Shown: in pieces, positions 45,883 through 55,793 of the stretch
How positions within the stretch are numbered: position 1 is the stretch's first letter
Layout of the letters: each line of letters begins with the position of its first letter
NCBI GenBank assembly: GCA_963703955.1
Contig: CAVPGK010000016.1
Location: 126,477-190,476 of the forward strand
DNA length: 64,000 bases
Direction of reading: 5' to 3'
From: Nitrospirota bacterium
Lineage (GTDB): Bacteria > Nitrospirota > Nitrospiria > Nitrospirales > Nitrospiraceae
Made by a program: the position numbers and the translations under genes
The notes under the pieces: generated by a model
Seen by the model: only the letters and a program-made list of their open reading frames with translations
Told to the model about the DNA's origin: nothing
Databases searched by the model: none

Positions 45883-46371
45883 GTGGTTCTAAACCGTGAA
45901 TGGAGACGGCACCATGACTCGGGTCTGGCAGTGTGGGCAGCAGATGCTAAGCGGAAATCTACTTGAAATCAATTATTGCGCCGAAACAACGTGTCGCAGG
46001 GGCTCGATTCTAACGGCATTTCGGACCCCCGTGGGCATCCCCTTGCGCTAGATATATCTGAGCACGCGGTCGCTCAGGCTGTATTGGACACCAATCGAAT
46101 CATATCGGGCAGGCACTCCTACCGTCCTTAACGACAGTACTCCGCCTTGAAATTGAAGGGCTTATTCTAGCGGCCTAGACGTGCGATGGATGATCGCGGC
46201 TGGTCTTCCGGCAAGCCTAGCCGACAGCTTCATGCTCATGGTGGTCTTGCGGCCGCTGCCTGGGGGCGAGCACCCAAGGAAAAGCAAGGTGATGGGTAAC
46301 GGGTGATGCGTGATCGGTGAAGGAAAAGTCCTGCCCTCACACCTTCTCGGCAGACAACTCAGCACTGGCAC

Positions 46372-46809
46372 TTACAGCCAGTAGTTGGCGAGCGCCTTCG
46401 CATACCCATAAAGCAGATCCCGCCGCGCCACGATGCCGACGAGGGTCTTATCCCTGACGACAGGTACGCGGATCAACAAGTCGCGCTGGAACAGCACCCT
46501 CAGGTCGGTGAACGACATGTCTTCCGTGACGGTCACCACGGTACGGGTCATGATGTCTTCAGCCTTCACATCTCGCAGGTCCTTGCCTTCGTCCAGCGCC
46601 TTCAGCAGATCGAATTCATCGACGAGCCCAAGGAAAGTCTGATACAAGTCAACGACGGGGACGCTCCCAAAGTTCTGTTTCGTCAGGATTTCCGCGATGG
46701 TCAACCCTGATGTCTCCAGGCGCACGGTCATCACAGCGTTCTGCATCAGCTGGCGCACGGTCAGGGTCTTGGGATCTTCGCTTATGACTTTGTACTCTGT
46801 CGCTCTCAT
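46372..46809 (-). CDS. CBS-domain pair protein
   Basis: FGSVPVVD..GLVDEFDLL; IRVPVV..GIVARRDL. Confidence 0.9.
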   Translation of the reverse strand: MRATEYKVISEDPKTLTVRQLMQNAVMTVRLETSGLTIAEILTKQNFGSVPVVDLYQTFLGLVDEFDLLKALDEGKDLRDVKAEDIMTRTVVTVTEDMSFTDLRVLFQRDLLIRVPVVRDKTLVGIVARRDLLYGYAKALANYWL

Positions 46810-46814
46810 AAGTC

Positions 46815-47035
46815 CTCCTTTGTTCTCGGACGTCATCGCTACGCAGTAGGGTGAGTCGTACCCACACCGCCTTTCGTTTCGCCAAGTATCTATCTCGCGT
46901 CAAGAGCCATCGGTTCTCACCCAGCAGCCTAGATCAGTACCTCGTCAGGAAGAATCCTTTCGTTAGGCGGTGTCATATCCCAGGATGTATAGCCAGCGGG
47001 CGAGCCTCCCGAGCATCGCATCCGCAAAAAAGGCC
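46815..47035 (-). pseudogene. Mut7-C RNase/PIN N-terminal remnant
   Basis: FFADAMLGRLARWLYILGYDT...LLTRDRYL...RSDDVREQ; stops and truncation. Confidence 0.6.
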
Positions 47036-47042
47036 AGTTGGT

Positions 47043-47201
47043 TCAACTCTTCTTTGCCGTCCTGGCGATGAAACTGGTGATTAACTGTTGCAACTTCTTG
47101 CTGCCGCAGGCGGGACAGGTAACGGTCCCGCTCTCGTGCTCTTTGAGCGTCATGGCAATGAGGGATTCCTTTCCGCACCAGTTCCAGGAATCTTCGACCA
47201 T
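47043..47201 (-). CDS. FmdB-type zinc-ribbon protein, N-terminus apparently altered
   Basis: CGKESLIAMTLKEHESGTVTCPACGSKKLQQLITSFIARTAKKS; first Cys of the first pair is missing. Confidence 0.55.
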   Translation of the reverse strand: MVEDSWNWCGKESLIAMTLKEHESGTVTCPACGSKKLQQLITSFIARTAKKS

Positions 47202-47228
47202 ACTCCGGCGCAATGCTAGCAAGGCGCA

Positions 47229-47780
47229 TTAGGAACTGCCAGAGATTACCGGCACCGGTTGGACCGTTGTGGCTTGGGGTCCTTTCTTTCCCACCTCGAC
47301 GTTAAAAACCACTTCAATGCCGTCAGTCAGCTCCTCGAATTTCAAGCCGTGCAGCGCATGCTTATGAAAGTAGACTTCTCCGCCGCCTTCTTGGAGGATG
47401 AATCCATACCCTTCATTGGGAAAGAGCTTGCTGATCACACCGCGCAGGGGTGGGATGGGCGCCGTGCGAATTTCGGTTGCGGCCCGCTTTTCGCGGTACT
47501 TTTGCAGCTCGATATCCACCGCACCGAACGCCGCGCGGATCGCTTCCTCAAAGGTCTTCTCTTCTTTCCTGGCGGTGAGCGTGTGACGGCGTGGCAATGT
47601 CACCACCAGCACGGCTTCGGCGACCCGCTGATCCTTCTTGTGGTGCCGGTTCTTCGTCAGGGTTACCCGGCCGTGAATAATGTCATCGTGGCCCGCCTGG
47701 AGGCCAACCATTCGTTCCTCAATCTCCGTTTTCCATCGTGGCGTCATCGCTACGTTTCGGCTTTCGATCTGCAGAGCCAT
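47229..47780 (-). CDS. HPF/RaiA ribosome-associated protein fused to a cold-shock domain
   Basis: LQIESRNV..AIRAAFGAVDIEL followed by GYGFI..EVYFH..GPQATTV. Confidence 0.88.
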   Translation of the reverse strand: MALQIESRNVAMTPRWKTEIEERMVGLQAGHDDIIHGRVTLTKNRHHKKDQRVAEAVLVVTLPRRHTLTARKEEKTFEEAIRAAFGAVDIELQKYREKRAATEIRTAPIPPLRGVISKLFPNEGYGFILQEGGGEVYFHKHALHGLKFEELTDGIEVVFNVEVGKKGPQATTVQPVPVISGSS

Positions 47781-47843
47781 AGTCACACCTCGTTGATCAT
47801 TGCCCATTGATCATTCCCTCTCTCTTTGACAATTCAGGGGGAT

Positions 47844-47859
47844 CGCAACGACCATGCCA
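47844..47859 (-). promoter_or_regulatory. Sigma54 -24/-12 promoter
   Basis: TGGCAT-GGTCG-TTGCG on the minus strand, ~65 bp upstream of HPF-CSD. Confidence 0.7.
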
Positions 47860-48061
47860 CCGCCCCGGATGTCTCGTAATGCTGAGAATATCGAGAGATT
47901 GAAAGATGAGCGGAAGGACCAGGCCTAGCTCCACGGTGAATTGCTTGGCGGAGTGGTGCATTATTCCTCATTATCCGTCGCCCGCTGGAGCCTTATGCAG
48001 CAGTTTCTCAGGATCGCTCTTGGACCATGGCGCCCAAAGACGCGATTTGCTATTGTGGCCC

Positions 48062-48986
48062 ATGCCCGCGCTCCGGAAAGAACACCTTCAACAGTATGTG
48101 CGCGACCGCTTTGGTCCCACCGCGGAACTGTTGACATATGGCCCAATCGGGCAAGAGTCGTCCTCCTCGTCACTCAAGGGCTACGGCTATGGGTCGCCGA
48201 TCCGGCTGACGATTCGAATCGGGAAAAAGATCCATCGAGCCGTGCTCGAAACCATGACGGCTGGGCCTTTCGGCCACGAGCATCCGGCTGATCGCGCGCA
48301 AGCCCTGCTCCGGGATTTTGATTCATACGAGCGGTTGCCCCGACACGTGGCGGCCCTGGATGTCGGGGCCTTTATCGATCGCGGTTCCATGTTCTCGGTG
48401 GCTGGGGCGTGGGAGTTCTTTGTCTTGAACGAGTGGGCCGACGGAGACGGCTACAATCGGGACCTTGAGCGGCTGGCCCGAACCGGTCGATTGCTGAAGC
48501 GTGATCGAGAACGGACCGATTCGCTGGCAACCTACCTGACGCAGATCCATCGAGTCAAACGCCGCCAGCCGGATCTCTACCGCCGCCCGGCTCAGGGAAT
48601 TGATCGGCCACGGCGAGTGTATCATGGGGCTGACCGATAGTTATCCGGCGCGGGTCGAATTCATCACATCGGAACTGCTCCGTTCGATCGAAGAGGGCTG
48701 CAATCGCTGGCGCTGGCGGCTGCGAAACCGGACGGGCCGTCTGTCGCAGGTGCACGGAGCGTCATGTCTTTCCGCAATTGGATACCGTGCGGTAGGTGTA
48801 GTCGTCGACGGAGCGCCTGCAAGCGAAATTCTTGCACAAGCCTCCAAACGCAATGCGGATCTGATCGTGATGGGCTCCAGGCGCCGGGGTATTGGTCGGA
48901 TGTTGGGCAGTGTCTCCCATGCCGTCTTGCATCGAACGAGCTGTTCGGTGTTGGTTGTTGGTGACCGAGCCGAGGACTTGCCGTAG
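48062..48986 (+). pseudogene. APH/phosphotransferase-like fragment fused to a universal stress protein C-terminus
   Basis: KGYGYG..GPFGHE..HGECIMGL..QVHG (cut before the catalytic Asp), then GAPASEIL..ADLIVMGS..LGSVSHAVLH..SVLVV. Confidence 0.65.
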
Positions 48987-49248
48987 ATCAGATGCTGGGT
49001 CTTATGCCTCGACCACTTGGTAGTGATTCGTCGATCTTCATGAGACGCCGTTTCATGGAGCCATGAATAGTTGGGTTGAGAATCGCGAAGCGGTTTGTGA
49101 GCAAGGAAGTCTGATCATGCCAGATAAAGGCTCAGTGAATCTCGTCTGGGTCATGTTTCCCTTCATAGCAGAAGGGTTGGGCGTACTGGGGTAGCCCGAC
49201 AAATCACTCGGATCAGGGTACCGCCTATGCGGTCTGAAAGGAGCCTCC

Positions 49249-49701
49249 ATGACTACCGGGAAGAAGGATCTCCCACGACACGGGAAGCCGGGGTTTGATG
49301 CGCTGCCCCTGGCTCGATTCATTGAAAAAGACGTGCAATGTGCTCGTCAAGGAACCAGCGCCTACGATCTGGCATCCATGATGATGGAAGGATCATTCGG
49401 CGCAGTCCCGATCGTCGATGACAAGCACCGGCTGGTCGGAATCGTCAGCGAGTATGATCTGCTGGCCTCCCTCGAGAGGGGAGAGAAGTGGAGCGAACGG
49501 TCCGCACAGGACGTGATGAGCCCGAACCCCTATTCGGTCCTGCCCGATATGACGGTTGGGACGTTGATCCATGTTTTTCTCAAGAGCAATCTGATCCGCG
49601 TGCCGGTTGTCGATGCGCAGGGTGCATTGATCGGGATCATCGCGCGCCGTGACGTCCTTCGGGATTACCTCAATTACAACATCGAGACTCCCAAGTGGTA
49701 G
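49249..49701 (+). CDS. CBS-domain pair protein
   Basis: FGAVPIVD..GIVSEYDLL; IRVPVV..GIIARRDV. Confidence 0.9.
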   Translation: MTTGKKDLPRHGKPGFDALPLARFIEKDVQCARQGTSAYDLASMMMEGSFGAVPIVDDKHRLVGIVSEYDLLASLERGEKWSERSAQDVMSPNPYSVLPDMTVGTLIHVFLKSNLIRVPVVDAQGALIGIIARRDVLRDYLNYNIETPKW

Positions 49702-49731
49702 GCGCGACCAGCCACGCGTGAAGGAGGAAAC

Positions 49732-50166
49732 ATGAGACAAACAGAATGGATCGCCAAGGGGCGAGACCCTCGCAGCCTGATGGTGCGTGACCTCATGGAG
49801 GACAATGTGGTGACATGCAACTGCCGTACGACAGCAGCCGAAATCGCGCGGCTCATGTGCGAACGCAATTTTGGGAGCCTTCCGGTGGTGGAGGAGGACG
49901 GCGCGCTCGTCGGGTTGGTGAGCGAGTACGATTTGCTCCAGCTCATGATTGAAGGAAGGGATCCTCGGAAGGTTATGGTGAGCGAGATTATGACGCCGCA
50001 TGTCGTCACCATCACAGAAGATATGGCACTCGAGTCGCTGGGGAACCTGTTTCAGGACCGACATGTGACCAGGGTGCCGGTGGTAAGAGGGCGGCGGCTC
50101 GTCGGCATTGTTGCACGGCGGGATATGGTGTTTGGGTACATGAAAGCGCTGGAATACTGGTCCTAG
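49732..50166 (+). CDS. CBS-domain pair protein
   Basis: FGSLPVV..GLVSEYDLL; RVPVV..GIVARRDM. Confidence 0.9.
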   Translation: MRQTEWIAKGRDPRSLMVRDLMEDNVVTCNCRTTAAEIARLMCERNFGSLPVVEEDGALVGLVSEYDLLQLMIEGRDPRKVMVSEIMTPHVVTITEDMALESLGNLFQDRHVTRVPVVRGRRLVGIVARRDMVFGYMKALEYWS

Positions 50167-50278
50167 TGGAATGGGGATTGAACGGTCCCCGGTGAAGGAT
50201 GGGTCGTCGAAGAGGCAGCGGAGGCTGGCGGGTGGAACGCGCCATCGGCAGTCCCGTCCGGCATTGCGATAACCTACT

Positions 50279-50720
50279 TCATGATCGCTCCGTGTGTTCA
50301 TCTACCGTTTGCGCGAGGTCGCGAAGCGCCTGGGAGACGGTCATCGGCACGGCGGGGCCTTCGTGAAGTCGCCGCAGGTGTTCCGGGAGTCTGGCAAGCT
50401 CTCCCGCAGCTCGTTTCCGGGTCGCCTCGAGTGGTGTGGGAGGGGAGAGGCGTTTGCCCGACATGAAAAACGGTTGGATTAAGGCCTCGCCATCCTGAGC
50501 ATCGTCGGCATCGTCAGTACATCTGAAGCGAACCGCCCGTTCGCGTCATAGTGACGATACACCTGCTTCCGACCCGGCCATGTCGCCTTTCCCTCCGGCC
50601 GTTTGCAGCGAGCCCGTCCCCCCATATGCCTGCAGCTTGTACGCGTAGTCCAAGTAAGGGACGTCGGCCGAGGTGGTCATGTCCGTGCAGATGGCGAAGG
50701 TGCCTCCGCAAGCGTATTCA
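50279..50720 (-). pseudogene. pncB: Nicotinate phosphoribosyltransferase C-terminal fragments
   Basis: TDMTTSADVPYLDYAYKLQAY and GKRLSPPTPLEATRKRAAGELARLPEHLRRL. Confidence 0.6.
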
Positions 50721-51050
50721 TCCAGGCCGCCGCCGAAACACAACCTGAAACTGGTCTCCTGGCAGGACGGGACTAGTGGAGGGCACACGCAAGCTGTTGG
50801 TCGCCATCTTGCGCGTTTGTTGAACCGCTCACGTGGCCTCCAAAGGGAACTCCTCCCTTCCACCCATGTGAGCGGGTGCAACCGTTTATCTGAGGGCACG
50901 GTCTTGTCTCAACAGCGGGTCTTCGTCAGCGTCTACGTGGCGGTGGTCATGGTGGGCTTGGTGGCATGGCTGTTGATCGTGGAGCAGCCATGGAAATGGG
51001 CGGCGGTGCAAACGCACCCCGTAAGGTGACCCACGGCGGGAATGGACCTG

Positions 51051-51749
51051 CTATGAAACTGATGAATTAAATGGCTTCCGCATGCGGCGGCGCAGCAATC
51101 CTAGGCCGGCGAAGCCAGACCCGAGCAACAGCAAGGACGTGGGCTCGGGAATGGCGGAAAAGTCCGCTCTAAATGGTACTGGCCCGCCGTACAACCCGGT
51201 CGTTGCAGAGCCCTGGAATGTGAGAGTGCCTATCCCCTCTCCAGAAAACCTATGTGCAATACCAAACCCTCCAGCGACGAAACCGACGGGATCAGTAGCG
51301 GGACAGTTCAGGTCGCCGATCCGACACAAAAGGAGTCCATTTAACCCAACGGGGAATTGTACCGTGGCCACTGGTTCGAGGGTCGAGGGGAGTGTGATCG
51401 GCCCAGGCCCAGTGACATCGACCCGAAAGCCGCCTATCGAGCCAGGTGACGGGAACGGTTGGCCATTCACTGTGAAGCTGCCAAATTCGGGGAGTGGACC
51501 CTGAGCGCGGACGTTCAATCCGGGAAATATTGTTCCTGGTGGTACCGGCGCTGGTGGAGAAGGCCCCAAACGAAATTGAACGTTGTCAGTCCCAGCTCCG
51601 CCTCGGATGCCGTCACCAGCCACGTTAAAAACGGCGCTGAAGAATTCCGCCGAGAAGGTCCCCTCCGTGATGACAAACGAATCGGCGTAGCTCATGGCCG
51701 AAGATAGGAGACTCAGGGCACCGATCAGGCAGGAAAGTACGAGGCGCAT
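51051..51749 (-). CDS. PEP-CTERM sorting-domain protein
   Basis: Signal peptide; IPEPTSLLLLGSGFAGLGLLRRR. Confidence 0.9.
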   Translation of the reverse strand: MRLVLSCLIGALSLLSSAMSYADSFVITEGTFSAEFFSAVFNVAGDGIRGGAGTDNVQFRLGPSPPAPVPPGTIFPGLNVRAQGPLPEFGSFTVNGQPFPSPGSIGGFRVDVTGPGPITLPSTLEPVATVQFPVGLNGLLLCRIGDLNCPATDPVGFVAGGFGIAHRFSGEGIGTLTFQGSATTGLYGGPVPFRADFSAIPEPTSLLLLGSGFAGLGLLRRRMRKPFNSSVS

Positions 51750-52005
51750 GGACAACCTCCTTTCACCTCCGGAAGGGACTTGGTTCACAGTAAGGCTGAG
51801 CAGAGATTGAAGGCGAAGACCGGTGAAAATGCGTATACGCTCTAAAGAACATGGTGGTCGAGTCCAACCGCTTCTATAGTTGGCAATCTAGATGGGCCTA
51901 ATTATAAAGTCAACCCGCAAACGCGCTCATTTCTCCGACGTGGTGAACCAGTGTATCCACGAGCAAGCCACGACTCGCAGAGATATGGCAAGAAGGGAGG
52001 AGAAG

Positions 52006-52248
52006 ATGACCATCGAAGTCGCCCGCAACTTTCTTCTATGGTGTACGGTCATCAACTACGGAGTATTGCTGGTGTGGTTCCTGGTCTTCGTGTTCGCGCA
52101 TGATTGGATTCAGCGCATCCATGGCAGATGGTTTCGCCTGTCCCGTGACCAGTTCGACGCCCTTCACTACGCCGGGATGAGCATCTTCAAGATAGGAATC
52201 ATTCTGTTCAATCTGGTGCCTTTTGTCGTTCTATCTATCCTCGGCTGA
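52006..52248 (+). CDS. DUF6868-like small membrane protein
   Basis: LLWCTVINYG..HGRWFRL..FDALHY..KIGIILFNLVP. Confidence 0.7.
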   Translation: MTIEVARNFLLWCTVINYGVLLVWFLVFVFAHDWIQRIHGRWFRLSRDQFDALHYAGMSIFKIGIILFNLVPFVVLSILG

Positions 52249-52512
52249 GGGTGTGCTGCCGATCAATGAGCGGAAGGGCACGCGCCCGTGAGTCGTGCGT
52301 CGCCCCCACCGCATCATGACTTCGAGTCCGTGCTGTGTTGGCTCCGGACGCTTCGGAGCCGAGCCCACCTGGACGCCCGTCTCACGCTCACCCTGCACGG
52401 CCAGGAGGTCGTCAAGCTCACGGTCGCGCAGACCGTCTCCCCACGCGAGACCCGCGAGGCGGGCGGCATCACAAACTGAGCGCGCAGATCACACGCGAAG
52501 GGACGAACCAGC

Positions 52513-53616
52513 ATGACGGGAGGAAAGTCAACCACCCACCAGGACTCTATCAGTGGGGCACCATCTGGTGGATGAAGTATTACGTGAACGGGCGGGCCGT
52601 GCGCGAGAGTTCGGGCACGGCCAAACTCTCCGACGCGAAGCGGCTCCTCGATGAACGAAAAGGCTGCGCGGCGGTCGGGGCGCCGATCCCGCGTCGCGTC
52701 GGATCGGATTCGCTATGACGAAATCGCGGACGACCTCCGACGACACTACGAGACGACGGGCGACCGGGATCTTGACGAAGCCGATGATCGATTCAAACCG
52801 CTCCGGCCTTTCTTTACGGGGCGGCGGGTGATCGATATCGACGGCGCCCTGGTAAGCCGGTACGTCGAATGGCGGCAAGGGCAGGGGAGGGCGAACGGGA
52901 CGATTAACCGGGAGATCGATGTCCTGTCGCGCATGCTCCGCCTCGCCTATGAGAATAAAAAGCTGCTCCGCATGCCCGTGCTGCACAAGCTCAAGGAAGC
53001 CCTGCCGCGCAAAGGCTTCTTTGAGCGGCAGCAGTTCGACGCCGTCCGCCGTCAGCTCCGACCGGACTTGCAGCTCGCCGTGACCATCGCCCATACGTTT
53101 GGGTGGCGGATGCAGAGCGAAGTGCTGACGCTGGGCCTGGCTCAAGTGGATCTAACGGCGGGCACGATCCGGTTAGAGCCGGGGACGGACAAAAACGAAG
53201 ACGGACGCGAGGTCTATCTCACGCCGGAACTGCACAGTCTGGTCGCGGCCCAGATGGACCGCGTCAAGCATCTGGCCAGGCGGCTGAACCGGCTCGTCCC
53301 GTACCTGTTTCCACACTTCACAGGGCGATACATGGGTGAGCAGCTCCACGATTTTCGAGCCGCGTGGAAGACCGCCTGTCAGCGAGCGCAGGTGGTCGGG
53401 ATGCTGCGCCATGACTTCCGCCGGACCGCCGTCCGGAACATGGTCAACAGCGGGATTCCGGGACGCGTCGCGATGACCATGACGGGGCATCGGACACGGT
53501 CCGTGTTCGATCGCTATCACATCGTGAGCCTCGACGACCTCAAAGATGCGACGAAACGGCTGGCGGGCACAATTCCGGGCACAATGGCTGGATTTCACTC
53601 GGCAGCGGAGCGGTAA
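52513..53616 (+). pseudogene. Tyrosine integrase of the tRNA-Thr island (frameshifts in the 5' part)
   Basis: WWMKYYVNG..RESS, TINRE, GWR, HDFRR, TGH, RY catalytic motifs. Confidence 0.85.
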
Positions 53617-53653
53617 GGTCAACCGGAACCGGTTGAATCGTCAGCGGAATTTA

Positions 53654-53729
53654 TGGAGCTGGCGAGAGGAATCGAACCTCCAACCGGCGGTTTACAAAAC
53701 CGCTGCTCTGCCGATTGAGCTACGCCAGC
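53654..53729 (-). tRNA. tRNA-Thr(TGT)
   Basis: GCTGGCGTAGCTCAATCGGCAGAGCAGCGGTTTTGTAAACCGCCGGTTGGAGGTTCGATTCCTCTCGCCAGCTCCA; cloverleaf with encoded CCA. Confidence 0.96.
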
Positions 53730-54013
53730 TTGCTGAGTAGTTTCAACATGTTCGGGCGTGATGTCAATAGGAACTGCTGGCTCTGTCCCGATTTTTGTCA
53801 CGGTTCCATTCGGTTTCAGGGTCGCCAACCGTTCCGCCGCCTCTTTCATGGTAACCAGCCTCTACCAGAACAGGACTAATTGCCCCCATCTGCCCCCGTG
53901 TCAGGATATCCTGGTTTGTGGTTTCGATTGTGAACAATGCGGCGGTGCTGACGGTTACGCGCTAGCTGGTTAACGTAATTAAAGGACATTTAAATCGCAA
54001 CTCCATCAACCAT

Positions 54014-54260
54014 CAAAATGCATTTCAGAACTTCAACGGCAAGTTTCAGGATGAGTGTTCAGAACAGGCGCTGGGGTTTCTGACACTGCAGGAGGCCCAG
54101 GTTGTGATTGAAGCCTGGCGCAGAGAATATAATGAGGAACGGACGCACAGCACCATTGGAGATGTGACGCCCATGGAGTTCGTCGAACGCCATCAAGACA
54201 GGGTCCAGGCCGCACAGGAGTTACCTTCGTTGGCCCTGGTGTAACGAATGGGGTGAGGTG
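54014..54260 (+). mobile_element. IS3-family 3' remnant related to the element at 61592-62810
   Basis: Long near-identical stretches (e.g. CTGACACTGCAGGAGGCCCAGGTTGTGATTGAAGCCTGGCGCAGAGAATATAATGAGG) and a degenerate IR. Confidence 0.85.
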
Positions 54261-54542
54261 GTTCATGATTCATCGTAATCGCTCTACCGATCAAACGGTT
54301 AGATTTCATACCCCAGAGCGACGGAGCTAGCGAAATAATAGGGCATTTGCCACTAGACGCCCTGTTATATGCCAGAGAGAGATATATGCACACAGCTTTG
54401 TTAATTTCTCACCTTCCATCACTGGGGGGTGGGCTTATTGCCCCTCGATTAGCGTCACATGAACCGGGGTGGGCCAGGGACAGGTGGGGTGCCGGGGCCT
54501 CGTATACTAGCACGTTTGTCATCGGAAGAGGTAGCGGTTAAT

Positions 54543-55541
54543 ATGTCAGAACTCAGACAGGATCCCATTACAAAAGAGTGGGTGGTTTTTGCGACGGATC
54601 GGGCACAACGGCCGCATGAGTTCGAGTACAGAGATTCGAGCCGGGAGGTTTTGTCCTCTCCAAAGCTGTGCCCCTTCTGTCCGGGAAACGAGAGAATGAC
54701 CCCCAAGGAGGTAGTAGCCTATCGAAGTGACGATAAAGATGGCCCAGGGTGGTGGGTGCGAGTGGTTCCTAATCGATTTCCAGCCCTGAGCCCGGAAACC
54801 TCGGGGGGACGCGGCGCCGAGGACCCCTTACAGGGTTGTATGCCGGGTGTGGGAACGAGCAGCATGAGGTCATCATAGAAACACCCAGAGCACAGCGCGC
54901 CATTTGCGCTCATGTCAGACCACCAAACAGAGGAAGTCATCCTTATGTACCGCAACCGGTATCTTGCTCTCCGCCAGGACCGAACAGTAAGAGCTGTCAT
55001 CCTCTTTCAAGACAAAGGGGAGGCAGCCGGCACGTCTCTCGAGCATCCGCATGCGCAGATGAGTAGGCACACCGATCATTCACGGGGCATGTCCGTCATA
55101 TCATTGCACTAGCAACACAATATTACGACGACACGAACCGGTGCATCTTTTGCGACCTCGTTTAAGCGGAGACGTAGAGTTTTAAACAGCGAGTCGTCTT
55201 TGAAAGTGATGAATTCGTGGCGTTCCACCCCTTCGCTTCCCGTTCCCCGTTTGAAACCTGGATCGCCCCGAAATGTCATGCCGCGTCTTTCGGACAAATT
55301 TCCTGAAATTGGCCAAATCCTTCGCCCATGTTCTGAAGGCAGTCCTCATGAAGATCTACCGACATCTCAACGACTCCAGACTATAACGTCATGTTTTATT
55401 CCGCTCCCGTTGAAACAACCACAACAATCTCTTCTTTCTCTGGCATGTTCAGGTCGTTCCACGGCTGACGACCGTCGGCTTGAGATTGGCTCGGGTATGT
55501 TTATCAATACTGCCTTGCCGGAAGAAACGGCGGCTTACTAG
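54543..55541 (+). pseudogene. galT: Galactose-1-phosphate uridylyltransferase-like, many frameshifts
   Basis: ELRQDPITKEWVV..RAQRP, CPFCPGNE, VRVVPNRFPAL, GTSLEHPHAQ. Confidence 0.8.
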
Positions 55542-55793
55542 AACGAGTCTTCTTAAAAGAGGAGAGGTATGGGAGGATGAAACTTTTCGTGCCAAGTACC
55601 GGTAATCGCGGCTTCGGTACGAGGATAACTAGGACATCTACGTTTGGTGAACGTAGGTCCCTACCAATAGCAGTTGTTTGTGGAGTTATGACATCGTGGA
55701 GTTCAGTGTTGGAAAATTCCGGGTTCAGTCCAGGTTCAAAGGGGGTTTTGATCCTCGGGCTCCTTTCTAAATTTCTCCGAGCTCCACTAACTC

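Larger units (their letters stand above)
40954..53701. mobile_element. Genomic island integrated in tRNA-Thr(TGT)
   Basis: Flanking 48-bp direct repeat, integrase next to the tRNA, arm-type repeats at both inner ends. Confidence 0.85.
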
